Notes: generated from the letters alone by a model not told the origin. A stretch of 64,000 nt of DNA from Octopus vulgaris (GCA_951406725.2 OX597818.1:24242001-24306000); one strand, 5' to 3'; counted from the first letter of the stretch, positions 12,856 through 27,639 are shown. Made by a program: numbers and translations.

Positions 12856-15476
12856 TTTGTTTCAGTACATGATCTCAGATCAGATCACTTGCTATGCTAG
12901 AAAATCTCTGTAAAATTTAACGTAAGATTTATAAATCTATTTGTTTTGGTAATAAACATAAAATTCTGTCAATTTTTTAAAAATTTTCTCAATTTCATTG
13001 AAACAGATAGTTAATTCTGGAAATCCCTGTTTGGTGTAACATTGTGAGTCATTGCATTGCTCAGGTAAATATTAAAATCAAAGGTCTTCTCGCTGTAAAC
13101 ATCCCATCTTTTTATTAAGCATACTGTATCAAGGAGTATATTATCCAAAACGTATCTCTCCTTTATAGGCATGGCTGTGTGGTTGAGAAGCTTGTTTTCC
13201 AACCATGTCATCTTGGGTTTAGTTTCACTGTGTGGCACATTGGGCAATTCTCTTTCATTACAGCTCTGTGCTGACTAAAGCCTTGTGTATTATATAATTG
13301 CCATTACTGTATTGATATATAAAATAACACATACAGCTCACTTATTATTGTCATATCATAAACAAACAGAAGTTAGTGTATGAAATTAATCTTTTTTCTA
13401 CTTCAATTATTATATGATTTTTTTCTTATAAAATACACACATACAGGAGAAGTAAATCTCTCTATATAATGACACTTTGAATGTGGCCTCCTAGTAAAAG
13501 TAAAAATAATTACCCAATCAACGATGGGTACTACTGCTAGTTGTAAATAAAAGTGCTTCACCAGGAACTGTCTGTTTTCACAGTTTCATTGTTTTCCCTA
13601 AAAAATTCTATAGAAATTTTTGCCATATGATTTGTAATTAAATGGTTTTAAAGATAGGCTAGAATAAATAATAATGGGGTAAAAAGTGGTTAATGGATAA
13701 AATACCCCAAAATCTAATTTGGACTATTATAGATATCACAGGGTGGTTTATTCACTATTGAAACTAAAAACAAAACATGGATGGACTGAGATCAATATTA
13801 AGCTAAACAAAAGCATCATTCGATTTATACAGTCCTTCTGCTTTATAGAGATGTAATGCATGTCATAAAAACAGCTGTTTACATCTCGGTGAATTGTATT
13901 ATATAGAGCACAGTACTGGTGTTAGAACACTACAAATTTGTCAAAAATCCTTAGATGTGGTAATAATTTTTGGACTATTAAAGTACATCATCATTGTCAT
14001 CATCATCCGTGTTTTAATGCTCACTTCTCTATGCTTACATGGGTTGCATGGAATTCATTGTAGCAGATTTTCTACATCTGAATGCTCTCTCTGTTGCCAA
14101 CTCTCACCTGTCTTCAAGCAATGTAATATTTCCCCATGGCTGGACATGCTTTCATAGAAAAACTGGAAATGAATGACACTGCTTGTAAGATGATGACACA
14201 CGCACACACACATGGCAGGCTTCTTTCAGTTTCTGTCTTCCAGATCCACTCACATGGCAATGATCAGTGTGAGGCTATTGTAGAAGAGACTTGGATAAGG
14301 CATTGTGCAATCAGACTGAACCTAAAACCACATAGGTGGAAAGTGAACTTCTTATCCATACAGCCACATCTGTGCTTGTTATGCATATTTACAATATCTA
14401 TATATCCATAATCATAATCCTGTGTCTGTTCCTGGATTAAACCCATAAAAAACACAGTAAATACAGAAAGCATGCACTCAAAAGATGATGATAGACCAGA
14501 AAATTGCAATCTTAATAACAACTCATCTCAAACAATAAGATATTTATCGTCCTTTTACCCAGCACCTTTTTAACCCAGGCTATGGTACTTCTCAGCGTGA
14601 GTGGAAAAACATCATATATACTTATACTTTGAGAATGATAAAATTAAATAGTTAATTTTTTAAATACCATAAATAATATAGTAGGAACCATAAATAGTAT
14701 GCTAGGAATACACTGTTGCAATACTGCTTGATTTTAAAACAGAAATTTAAAAGACAAGTGATTTCTAGAAAACTCTAAATCCTAAAACAACAGTATTTTG
14801 AGGAATATTGATATACTGCTAATCATCCAGACTAGTTACCGTACTATTAAAGATTAGGTTCACTTAGCACTGCAGTCCATATTTAATTAATATTAACTAA
14901 TTAAAGTTTTGGAATTATCCCTCACAGCTTTTTTTTTCATATCAGAAATGATTGTTTTCATCATAAAGGCTATATAATATAAATTAATTAAAATTTCTTT
15001 GCTCACTTATTTACTAACACTCACTTCACCTATAATAGTGTTTATTGACAATCTATAGATGTTGACTGTTTAAGTTTCATTTTCATCCAACAGTGAGGGG
15101 GGAAGATTCAATCTTATTCTATGAGTTTATTAGTCACAATACATTAGTAGTACAATTTCATCAACCCAGGAAATTTAGAAAAGTATTTTGAGAGAAAATA
15201 TATGAACATAGGATATTTCTATGATTAACACAATGTTGCCAATCTGTCTTTAATAAAATACAATATATTTATTTATATAAAATTTGGTCAAGTATTTTAT
15301 TGATAAGAGAAGAAATAGTCTTTTGATTAATCTAATGCTATGAAATCAAAAAAAGACATTGCAAGTTTCTAATAAGGAGATCATGTACATGTGTGGGTGT
15401 GTATGTATGTATGTAAACATATATATATATATACATACATATATATATGTATATATGTGTGTGTGTATGTATGTGT

Positions 15477-15517
<41 letters not shown>

Positions 15518-16279
15518 AAAACCAACAATTTTCCATATGAATCAATAAATATTATTAAACATACAAAATACTTATTTTAAATTAATGTTAGGACTTAATG
15601 TTTTTATCCATGAGGATATACTTATACATATATGTGGAAAAATGAAAATTCAAAATTCATATGTGGATATGTGTACGTGTTTCACTGTGTACATGCATAT
15701 GCAGATGATAATATAGTATTATATAAGTGTGCATCAGCAATTATTTAGTGTGTGTGTGTGTGTTTATTTGGTTAAGCATGTTTAAAGTTGTATGGGAAAA
15801 ATGCTTAATGTAAACATGTAAACATATTGTATGCATTAGGCAAACATATAGTTAACACAAATAAAAATAATACATGCATGTTTTCTTATCATAATGATTC
15901 TGGTCAACTTTTGCAAATATAAGTTGTCGAGGTAATAAACAACAAAATAGATAACTACAATAATTAGAGTAAGAGTATACAATTACAGAGGTGGAAGAAA
16001 TATGAAGAAGAAAATGGATTGTAAGAAGTGGGAAGTGTTTGGGAAGTGAGAGAAAGATGGAGGAAGATTAAAAATCACAGATAAATGTGCAGGAGGAGAA
16101 AAAGAAGAGCAATTGATGCTTCATCCAAAGAAAGAGGAGGGACAGAAGGTATAGAGGAGGGAATTATATGATTGGCACTGTTTCAATCATTGTGGTAAGG
16201 CTAGCTTGGAAATTGTTGCTGTTACTGCTGCTGTTGTAGATTCTATGGATATTGCTCAAAAGAAATTAACTTATTTGTC

Positions 16280-16460
16280 ATTGTAGAAGTAGTCACAAGA
16301 GGTGGGGACAAATGAACAGAAAATAAAATATATTTCCACATGTCTGCAAGAGTTATAGCCAGGCAATAGAGGGGGCGGCTGTAATAGAAGAAGTAATCCA
16401 TAGTGAAGGCGTATGCTGATACAGATGTGTATAAATATCAGCTATGTTGGAACCTTCATT
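16280..16460 (+). promoter_or_regulatory. Core promoter of the NKY-2-like gene (TATAAAT 16430-16436, Inr-like TCATT with +1 near 16458)
   Basis: TATA box about 28 nt before an Inr-like TCATT. The whole block is conserved at 50115-50296, upstream of the paralog. Confidence 0.7.
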
Positions 16461-16580
16461 AAAAGCTCCCACACAATCTAGTAGAAAAGGGGAAAATTGC
16501 TGCAACATTGTAACAGGCATAGAAAGAAAAAAGTAACAAATTTCTGCAGTTTGATCTTAGCATCACTTCGCCTCCAATCA
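16458..16580 (+). other. Putative non-coding exon 1 (5'UTR) of the NKY-2-like gene; intron 16581-23997
   Basis: Ends at donor CA|GTAAGT (16581). A homologous exon with donor CA|GTAAGC precedes paralog copy 2. Confidence 0.68.
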
Positions 16581-17065
16581 GTAAGTTAACTTTTATTTAT
16601 TATTGAATTCAACTTGAGTTACAACAAAAACATTGCTTTCACAATTTATAACTAACATCTAGTTTTCTAGCCTGTGACTTAACAACATTTATCTCAGATA
16701 TATAAATAGCAGGATAGTTTGAAGAAAATAAGAGTAAAAAAATAAAGAGTTCAGAAAGTTGAATAGATGGAAGTTTTAGGTTATTTAGGTGACTAATTTC
16801 ATTTTGCAGTCTAGCATTTGCAGGAAAAATATCTAAACACATTTTATTATTTTTGCTACATCAAATTTTAATACAGTAAGTTTATTAAATTTTCCTAATT
16901 CAATAATGTATAAATAGTATTAAATAACTTTTTAATGAGATATGAAAAAATAAATTTACATGAATAAAATAAAAGATACATGTTTTTCTGATATACATTT
17001 AGTAAATTAATAATTTATGAGATCGCAAATATTCAATTATATGCTGCTTTCATTTTTACCTTAGG

Positions 17066-17069
<4 letters not shown>

Positions 17070-17150
<81 letters not shown>
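17070..17150. repeat. (GA)n microsatellite (many other CA, TA, GA, GAT, TAA and TATC arrays, e.g. 2868-2906, 34021-34177, 53120-53277, 59400-59458)
   Basis: Direct inspection. Confidence 0.95.
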
Positions 17151-17152
<2 letters not shown>

Positions 17153-17358
17153 TGGTTAAAAATTTAAAAACTTCCTTACAATTAAAAAAAAGTTAAAAAG
17201 CCAAAAAGAAAATTGAAACTTGGCACTTGGTATTGGATGGGTGGCTTATAACTCATTAAGTCACTGAGGCACTTCTAAGACCTGGACAACTGATCCTTAA
17301 GCTGGTAACTGACATAAACTTTGCCAAGAGCAACTCTTATCCTAAATTTATCCCCAAC

Positions 17359-17398
<40 letters not shown>

Positions 17399-19917
17399 TT
17401 TGTACACATAATATTGTTTCTAGAAAGATGAGGGGAAAGATTTAACTTGTAAGATTTCAATATGGAAGTTTTGCAGCAAGTCTTCAACTTAACATCACTC
17501 TGTTTCTTTTAATATAAAGGTTATGATAACATGGAAATGTATAAAACTTACAGCATCCATTGATACCCTACTTCAAACATATAACATCATACAAATCCAT
17601 GCACATTAAGATATTTACATTAAATGCAACTTGAATAACAATTAAAAAATAAATCCTGTTGCATATTGAGTAATAACATCTACCTAGTGACCTTTCATAT
17701 ATTGTATAACCAATAAATTTCAAATGTCTTGAAAATTAGGATAATTTGTTTCAGAAATGGACCATTACAAAAATAATTACCATTTTAAGCAATAAAGTAA
17801 TTTATCTAATTACTTTGAAATTACCTCCTTAAATAGTTTTTGACTGATCACAACAGAGTAAACAACAATATATATCATTGGTAATTATTTTAGCCACTTT
17901 AATAATCAACACATGAACTAAAAACAAATGAAGATTAAATAAAACACTGTAATGTATATGTCTATTGTTCAGCTGTTTCTGCCAGCTCACTGCTCTTCAT
18001 TACAGCAGATCAAAAAATATTAATCTTAACTCAGAATATAATACACAATAGAAAGTACATCAAAAGTAAACACTTCAAAAATATGGGCAAGAATTTTAAA
18101 GACTAAATAGAAGAGAGCTCAGGTTTGGTTGTTATGGAGAGGCATAAATCACAGCTGACTAGAAGGGAACATCAATATACAATTAATGAATAGATAATGA
18201 AAACCAGAGTATTAATTAATTGGTTAAGTACTTTAGTTTAATCATCAGACATTATCACTTAATTCACCATTAGGTATTGACAACATTGTTAATTAATCAT
18301 ACAACATTCTGTGATAATTGTGAAATATGCTTAAATTGAAATGATTGACATTTCTATAAATTCTTTCTGTCTAAAAATTCACTTATAGTGAATTTATTTA
18401 AAAATTTTAATTAGTTTTCAAGTTACAGATGGAAATATAATTTAATTTATATTGCTAACTGAAACCCCACCCTCATTCTTGGAAACACATGGACTATATT
18501 TATTGTATTTTTATCATGACTTCATGTTGACTGTGTTCTACTATAATCTCTCTCTCTCACACACATGTCCAACCCAGAGTAGGCATAAAATTAAGATGAT
18601 GAGAATAATGTGTGTGTGTGTGTATGTGTGTGTATATAGATAGATAGATAAATAGATAGAAAATTTAGATAGATAGATATACAGGTGAGTGTAGTTTATT
18701 TAAGGTTGCCAAGTACAACACACCAGCTAAATTATTGCACTCTATGCTTGTATCCAATACTTCACTAGACTATTTCACAACAATATATATACATATATTT
18801 GCTTGTGTATATGTGTGCATACACATGCACACTAGCACACACACACACAGATTTTGTGTGCATATATGAAACAAAGCAATCTAATAATTGATCACCACCA
18901 TCTGAAAGAACATGTTTGCCAATCATGTAAACTACATCTATTGATGATCTATAAATCACTGCATTTTGAGAAGAAAGTTGTGTAATAGTTGTCATAAAAG
19001 TTGCATATCTCTGGCTCCTTCAAGTCAGTTTCTGAGTTTTAGAACCTTTTCAGCTGCAAACAAATACAATCCAAACTCCGTCACACACAAAAAAAAATAC
19101 AAATATATAAAAAAAATGCATTCATATACCATAGGTTTTACTGAAGATGTAACAATTTATTTTCAGACAATAGTAGTGATTATTTAACCATAAATTAATC
19201 CTGGATGCACATGGCTTAGTGGTTAGGGTGTTGATTGTGGTTTCAATTCCTGTATTGGGTGATGCATTATGTTCTTGAGTAAAACACTTCATTTCACATA
19301 ACTCCAGTCCACCCAGTTGGCAAAAGTGAATAATCATGTGATGGACCAGCATCCCATTCAGAAGGGGAGTGCATGCACCACAGAATCTGGGAAACCAGCC
19401 TAATGAACCTATGGCTTGGGAAGGTCCTTTGAGCCTTTTTTTTTCTTTTCAGTTCTGATCAAAGACACTCCAGCTATGAACATCATGTCTTTGTATTTTC
19501 AGATCAAAAATATCTAGGACTACATTTATCCAATGTTTTCTTTTTCACTTTAAGGTAGGAAAGAGTAACTTGTAGGAAACTTTTGCTTTTATTTCTTGCA
19601 AGTGAATAGCTACATAAAATTTACATTGTTGGCTTGTAGTGATCAGTGGGTTAGCTGGTTGAAAACATTAACTTCATGGACAAAATTATAAACAGAAATA
19701 AAAATATAAGCTGCCACAAATTAAAAAAAGTAAATAGTTTCTCATTTGCATTGTTGCAGGGCCCCCAAAATTGCTTGCATAACATTTCTGGTAAACAAAC
19801 TCTATGTATTCCTGCAAAACCTCCATAAATGTTATTGGACAAAAGAAAATTTTGTAGTTTAGTGACAGAATTTCCTAGCTGCTACGATACTAAAAGGACA
19901 ATAGAAGTAAAATGTGT

Positions 19918-20151
19918 TAAGGTGGCAAATTGGCAGAAACATTAGCGCACCAGGCAAAATGCTTAGCGGTATTTCATCTGTCGCTATGTTCTGGGTTCAA
20001 ATTCCTCCGGGGTCGACTTTACCTTTCATCCTTTCAGGGTTGATTAAATAAGTACCAGTTATGCACTTGGGTCAATATAATCAACTTAATCCGTTTGTCT
20101 GTCCTTGTTTGTCCCCTCTATGTGTAGCCCCTTGTGGGCAGTAAAGAAATA
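19918..20151 (+). mobile_element. tRNA-derived SINE family C with 15-bp TSD (related copies 10530-10710, 49665-49880, 56195-56600, 58935-59148, 59458-59665)
   Basis: Boxes tggcagaaacattagc and gggttcaaattcc; core ggtcgactttacctttcatcctttcagggttgattaaataagtaccag. TSD agaagtaaaatgtgt at 19903-19917 and 20152-20166. Confidence 0.85.
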
Positions 20152-22596
20152 AGAAGTAAAATGTGTCATGTAACTCAACAAAATAAACTTTCTAAATAAG
20201 AACAAAAAATAGCTTTGACTTTCAGTGTTGTAAACAATTCAATTATTTACCTAGTACTCTTGAGAAGGGCATGAAGATTACAAACTATTTCCTTCATTTA
20301 TAAATGCTTGGCTTTGTTTCTCATAATTTATTTGCATGTAACAGCTAAGCTTGATGGTTGCAAGTTTGAAGTTCTCAACTACTAAGTGATACTTCAAAGC
20401 TTGCTACTTCCAGCTGTATTATTTCATGAAAGAACACACAGTAACAATAATTAATTCAAAATTCCAATCAACAAAGATTGCTTTATTGTTGCCATCATAG
20501 AAAAATGGATTATAAACCAAGTTGTTTGAAAAAAAACCCTTCAGCCAGTGATTCATAAAATTATTATGCAGAAAATACTCAAAATACACATCCTCAATAA
20601 AACATACAGTATTTGAACACATATGAATATCTGTTATATATTTGCAATGGTGTGTTTGATTTTTGTCAAAATTACTATCTGTATGTAGCAAAAAAGGCTC
20701 TCATAGCAAAATGAATTCAATAAATAGGACTAAACATGAAAAAAAGTACAATTCAGTCATTAGGAAGGTACACAAGAAGGCAGATTAATTTGCAATGCCT
20801 TATTTCAAATCCACAATCAGCTTACTTATTCCTCACCTAAGTAAAGGAATTAAGAAGTGATCATATTAGAGTAGACAGTGTTAGAAATACATATAAGGAA
20901 CTCCAAATGTCCAACAGAATTTATAGCCACATTCAAATATTAATCTAAAATGATTTTTCACAGGTAGTAATATTTAGTTTTGTAAACTGAAGATTTACCA
21001 GGATTGCTTAACTTCCTAGATGGATTGCATTTGCTAAGGCTGCAAAGCCACATCTCTCCCCAAACTGTTGTCTGGATTACTTAGTTTCTAAGAGAGATTA
21101 GCTTTACTATAGATGTGAAGTTACATTGATCTAAAAACTATTGGGTTTGTTTGGATTGTTCAGATTCTTAGCTGGATTAACCCTACCCACTATAGCTTTG
21201 TGTGCGTGGGGCAGAAAGTCACTACATTTATCAGGCAGTCTTCATAGCCTGAGACAAATGAGCAAAAAGTCCTCTCCAAAAGAGAGGGGAGGGTTGTTTA
21301 TGGCTAGTACATTGTGTATTAAGGCAATATTCAACAGAATAAGAGACCGAGGCAGGGCTTCACTAGTCAAAACTTCAAAGTCACTGTCAATACTATTTTT
21401 GTTGGAGAATAATAAATTTGTACTCTACAAAAAGTATTGAGTGGTCCTTCAGTTTAATGTAAAATTATTTTATCATAACTTCAAACAACAACAAACATTA
21501 ATATTATATATATATATATATAAATATACACATGTATCAATATACAAATATATAAATGTATAAGCAATGTTGGCATGAAGCTAACTGGCTTAGTTGTAGT
21601 CTGTAATTGAAAGATCAATTATTGAGTTAATGATTAACACTGTTTAAATTCAAGTATTTGTTAAAGATATTATTCTTATGCATATGTCATACAGTTTTCA
21701 GAATAAACATTATTCTATTTAATATAAAATGTGCTTTGAAACTCTTCAGATGTCCTACCAGTTGGAATCAATGATTTTATTGAATAGAATTTAATTCTAC
21801 CTTCATAAATATTTTACTAATTGGTTTAGATTATTACTAATACTTGTGTTATCATAAACGTAAATTTATTTCATTATTTATATTTATTTACTTTATTTTA
21901 CTATATACTTTATTTTAACATTGCTCCACCCCCAGCCAAAATAAAGCAGTAGTTATAAATTACTCAATAGTTATAATCAACTTTAATGACAAAATTCATT
22001 AAATACCTTAAAAAAAAAATTAGTCAACCTAAAGAAAGTTCAATAATGAAACATGCATGTAAAAAATTGCATATTTTCAGAGAATTCTCTACATTCATCT
22101 CTCTCTCTAGATTTCATAAGTTTGAATTATATGGTTTTAATGTTTTTTGTTTTTTTTTAATTAAAAATTATCTGGTGTTATGTGGTACTTGAGAAGACAG
22201 CCATCTAAAAAAACTGAGGTTCTGAAAGCAAAATGTCTATATACACAATTGAGCCTTCACCAAATTTTCTCATTTTATCTTTCCTTTAGCACCTCATTCT
22301 CTATCACTGATCTCTACATTTGCCAACAGCAGTATTCTGCTGCTGGGATCAAATGAGGGTAGAACAACATATTTCATCATCTTTCTGTGAAACCAGTTAT
22401 CTTTCTCTTCATCATTTTTACATTGTCCCTTTTCACTCACATTTTATACAGGTCACTCCATCCTTCTATACTACCAATTATCTCTCCCCCTTCACTGAAT
22501 ATGCACAAAAACACACACAAATAAACCTGATCAAATGATTGAAATACTTCATAATTAAAAAGAAACAACTGATTGGTAAAATTTGTGAAGAAACGA

Positions 22597-23008
22597 GGCG
22601 CAGGAGTGGCTGTGTGGTAAGTAGCTTGCTAACCAACCACATGGTTCCGGGTTCAGTCCCACTGCGTGGCATCTTGGGCAAGTGTCTTCTGCTATAGCCC
22701 CGGGCCGACCAATGCCTTGTGAGTGGATTTGGTAGACGGAAACTGAAAGAAGCCTGTCGTATATATGTATATATATGTATGTGTATATGTTTGTGTGTCT
22801 GTGTTTTTCCCCCTAGCATTGCTTGACAACCGATGCTGGTGTGTTTATGTCCCCATCACGTAGCGGTTCGGCAAAAGAGACCGATAGAATAAGTACTGGG
22901 CTTACAAAGAATAAGTCCTGGGGTCGATTTGCCCGACTAAAGGCGGTGCTCCAGCATGGCCGCAGTCAAATGACTGAAACAAGTAAAAGAGTAAAGAGTA
23001 AAGAGTAA
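22597..23008 (+). mobile_element. Full-length family A SINE in intron 1 of the NKY-2-like gene
   Basis: Near-identical to 7110-7523; (aagagta)n tail. Confidence 0.9.
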
Positions 23009-24015
23009 AACAATATGCATGTATGTGTGAATTATATGTATACATAAATGCGTGTGTATATGTATACATGGATGTATATATGCCTAACCCATGACAGTAG
23101 TCCCACTAATGATAGCATGGAAAATGGATGTTAAGTGATGATGATGATGATATATATATATGTGTGTGTGTGTGTGTATATATATATAAACATAAAGGCA
23201 CGTCTAGATTCATTATGAACAAGAATTGTGTACTGATGTACAGTTGATATAGTTGCAATAGAACCAGATTATAGAATAAGATGAGTATAGCTAACACGAG
23301 AGGGATAAACTGAAGTTGAGGAAAGAAGATGGATACAACATTGTCACTGTCCCAAGAGGATTCAACATGTTAGAAACTTCTTTCAGTCACTGGTGAAGTT
23401 TCTGCAGAAGGTTTCAACCCAAGTGACACACCTATACAATTAGTGCTGGTTGTCAGTTTTCCATGGGTTATTTTGACTTCAATGCACATAGCCTAATGTA
23501 TGATGTCTTGATAGCTCCAGTGCTGATCCAGTGGTTGTAGTGATGGCTGTAACTGCCAAGCAATTGTTTTATTACCAGAACGTTCCAGTCAATAAAATCC
23601 ACTACGTAAAGAACAAGAAAGATAATTAAAAATAAAGAGAAAAAATACGAGTGATAAATGATTATTTTGAAGAACGATAGCAGCAATAACTTTGGGACTG
23701 TAAATCAAAATGATAAAGCAATGGTCAAGATATATGTTTTATGAAGAAATCTGTAATAGTTTCTTTTAATTTTCCTTCCCATATTTTTTTTATTCTCTAA
23801 AACTAAAGAATAGCAGTGAGTTCAAAGTCAATTTTTTCCAACTGAAATGTCATAGTAATAAAAACACGTTTAAAAACATCACGTAAACAGAATTTTCTAG
23901 ATTCATGTTGAATCATTCCAAATTATATAATGTAATATTCAGTAATAGTTAAAATGTATGTATATATATATATATATATTTTTTTTTATATTTTCAGTTT
24001 TTATCAAAATACAAC

Positions 24016-24354
24016 ATGAAGCAGTATTTCAGCAGCCAGTTAATAATTTTCACCTTTTGTTGTATTGGAGTGATATTGTCTGGAGGAATTTGGGAAGGGA
24101 ATCATGAAAATTCTGACAAGAACTTACTATCATTGATCACCAGAGCTGCAGTAGCAACACGAGACAATGCACTTATGGCACCACCAAGTGGATATCAAGG
24201 TCGAATGCCATCATATTATATACGAACCCAAAGAGAACTCAAAAGAGAACCAAACTGGATATGGATGCCATCCCATGGCTATGTTCCTGTCCCAGAGCCT
24301 TCCAATGTTAGAAGTTCTGAAAGTCGTGGTAGCACTATTCTGAGATATGGTTAA
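24016..24354 (+). CDS. Neuropeptide precursor, NKY-2-like (neuropeptide KY / RYamide-type); predicted 34-aa amidated peptide EPNWIWMPSHGYVPVPEPSNVRSSESRGSTILRYamide
   Basis: Intact 112-aa ORF. Hydrophobic N-terminal signal (LIIFTFCCIGVILS), dibasic KR at aa 76-77 (24241-24246), C-terminal LRY-G-stop amidation signal. The WIWMP-x-x-GYV-x-VP...RYG pattern matches my recollection of annelid/mollusc NKY-2 precursors. Splice acceptor (ttttcag, 23991-23997) lies just upstream and AATAAA at 24474. Confidence 0.9.
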   Translation: MKQYFSSQLIIFTFCCIGVILSGGIWEGNHENSDKNLLSLITRAAVATRDNALMAPPSGYQGRMPSYYIRTQRELKREPNWIWMPSHGYVPVPEPSNVRSSESRGSTILRYG

Positions 24355-24473
24355 ATATGAAATCATCTTGGAATAACATGAACATTTAAGTAACTGCTAA
24401 CATTGGATAACTCTGTATTTCTCTTGTTTCTTACAATGACACATACATTTTGGATTTCACATTCTCACATAAA

Positions 24474-24479
24474 AATAAA
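24474..24479 (+). terminator. Polyadenylation signal of the NKY-2-like gene
   Basis: AATAAA 120 nt after the stop codon. The homologous position is AATAGA in copy 2 (52180) and AATAAA in copy 3 (60638). Confidence 0.55.
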
Positions 24480-27400
24480 TTTACAATACCTCTATAACAA
24501 TTTGTCTGATTCTTATTATGGCCATAAAGCAAGGTTCTTAGTTTTGTATTTGATAAATGCCATATAAGCAATTTAAAGCAAATAAACATTGTAATGAAGC
24601 TTATTTTTTAACAACAGGTTGAAAATAATAAAACTTAAAACAGAAGGTATAAATTTTGTATTTCTGTACAAAATAAGAATTATTCTTGATGTATGTGTAT
24701 ATAAAGAATTTTGCAGATATTGCATTAAAATAAACACCTAATGTGTCTCATATGCTGAAGTTTGACCACTAACATGATTTACTGAAGACAAATTGGTGCA
24801 GAAAAATAGATAAGATTTAAGTTGTCTTCAATGTGATATAGTAACACAAATAGTAGGCTGGGGTACAGTATGGATGACATGTATTGAAGATTGAAAAAAA
24901 AAAAAAAAGGTTTTTCTTTCCATACAAAAGATAGATTGATGTGTTTTCTAACACATTAAATTATTGAAAGAAGATTGAGAACTAGTTCATATTCATATGA
25001 ATTAAGATAAATATGATTGATAGTTTGTAATAGAAACTGATCTCAAGTTAAACTATACTGTGAGAATGGCTAAGAATTAGAAGCAGTAGAAGTTTTGCTC
25101 CAAGTGAAAATTGATGGAATGACTCTATGATAGTAATTGATGACTTGTTACTTGTTTTAAAAACTGAAGAAAACTGGAGGAAGAGAATGACATAGACAGA
25201 GAATAAATAGTATAACAAAAATGAGGGTGATTGTAACAAAGTGTAGCAATTATAAATAGATAATATTGAAAAATTCTTATTTCTACTGTATTCAACAATT
25301 ACCAAAAGTAAATTATTTGGAATTTGAAATTTACATTTTTTCCTGGATGTTTCTGCAAATCCACATTTATTGATAAATTTTTAAAAATAATGATAATGTA
25401 GCTCAACTAATAACATGTGAAGTAGAAGAGATGTCAATTTTCCAATAAAGACAAGTAAAACAAGAGAACTGAATGAAAGCATTTTGAATCACAATCAATT
25501 TTAGCATATTTTTAATAACAATAACTAGGGATGATCTTGCCTACCATCTATTTTCTCAGTAAACAACAAATTCAACTAGAAGGAATATATGAAGCTAAGC
25601 CAATGTCATTATATTGAAAGAAAAACATTCATTTTAAAACTTTTCTGTATTGAATGATGGTCATTATAGTGAATTCCACAATTCACTAGAATTTTAATAA
25701 AGACTTTGTGTAATTTCAGGATATTTGGGATAAGCACACTAGACTAGCAATTGACAGAAAACTAATCAATTCTTTGATCAACTACTTTTCTTTAATGATT
25801 CTTACTTCATTTGGTCTGACCAGAGTCACTCAACAATAAGCTCCAATTAACCGAAGAAAGAATTGTAAATTATATATATATCATGCTGCTCTTTTTTGAA
25901 TCATTTAAATTAATACTAAAGTTAATTGAAAGGCTATCTATTTTACAATTTCTATCTTACTTCAGAAATGTTTTCTTCTCTACCAAAGAGATTTAGAATA
26001 AATCAAAGCTGGGGTTCCCTTCTCTTCCTGTAACAGAGTTAGTTATGAATTAAGTGGCAAATAACAGTTGCAAACTACAGACTGCAAAGGTTTCCATCTT
26101 CTTCCTTAAAATTTACAGATAATATTTTTCAATACTTTTGAATAACATTACATATTATTTCACCAGTTCCTTTAAGATACTCAGCCTATTTCTAAAATTT
26201 CAATCATGCAAAAAGATATTTTTGCAAGACATGTAACCCTTAATCTTGTCCCCACTAGTTGGTTTTGGACTCTTGGTAAAAATAAAATGATTTCACTGAA
26301 TATCATTAGTTTCACACTAAAAATAAGCATTGGGGTTATTCAATAAACTATATGGCTTCCCAACAAATTTATGGCTTTGTGTCAAGGATGTGAAAAATTA
26401 GGTAAACTGATAAATTATTTCTTCAGTTCTATATTAACAATATTCATTTGAGGGAGAAGCAGTGGTGCATCAGACTAAATGCTATACAATACTACATGCA
26501 GTATCCTGTGATATTGTGTCATGAATTAGGTAAACTGACAATATCTTTCAAAATATTCTTTTACTCTTTTACTGGGGTCTGTCATTGGACTGCAACCATG
26601 CTAAGGTTCAAATTTAAGGGTTTCAGTATTTATTTCAGCTTGGTACTTATTCTATTGATCTCTGTTTGTCAACACATTAAGTTATATGAGACATAAGAGA
26701 CATAACATAAATATGCACATGCACACTTGCAATTGCAGACACATGCACACATGCATACATACATACACACACTGGACTTTTGCAGTTTCAAGCAACTGAA
26801 TTCCACTCACAAGGCACTGCTTAATAAAGTTTATAGTAAAAGACATCTGCTCATAGTGCTCTGAAGTAGGGGTGAATCCAAAACCAAAATGTTTGTGAAG
26901 CAAACTTCTTAACTACACAGCTGTGCATGCATCAATATATCAAGGAAGAAATTTAGTTAAACATTATTTGCTTCATTATTCATTATGGATGGTATCCATC
27001 AATGGGTAATTAAGCTTTATTAGTTTCCTGAAAGAAAGGAAATGTTAGATGTTGCATTCATACTTCTGAAAACAACAGTATTAGTATGTAAAGTAAAAAG
27101 GCTCAAAGTGGGAATCAAACTCAGTCGTGAGACTTACCATCTACTTTACAATGCACATTAGGTTCACCTCATTTTGTACAAAAGCTGTAGCTGAGACTCA
27201 AACTCATTCATTATATCAGTAATTTCTTCTAATTTACAATACCTACCAGGCCCATGAACCACACCCAGTAACAGCTTTTTTCACTTTTATACAGGACTCA
27301 TACTATACAATACTCATAGAGCTCATCACTTATTTGATCTTATTAACTACCTTCTTACCAACATACACTATACTTTAGTAAACTAAATAGTAGATGGGAT

Positions 27401-27639
27401 AAAAGTAAGCTAAAGAAGATAATAGATAAATAGAGATTGAAAATCTCCAATCTTACAGGTGAGCTGATGTTGCGCAGATAAATAACATAAAAATTATAAT
27501 TATAATGATCATCTTTCAATTGATACCTTTCACATTATCTTTACCCAGTAAGTTTCAACTGTACTAAGAGAAGTTTAATAAGAATTAACAGTTATTTGAG
27601 TGAACAGGGACACAAACACATCTCCAAACCAGTCACTGG

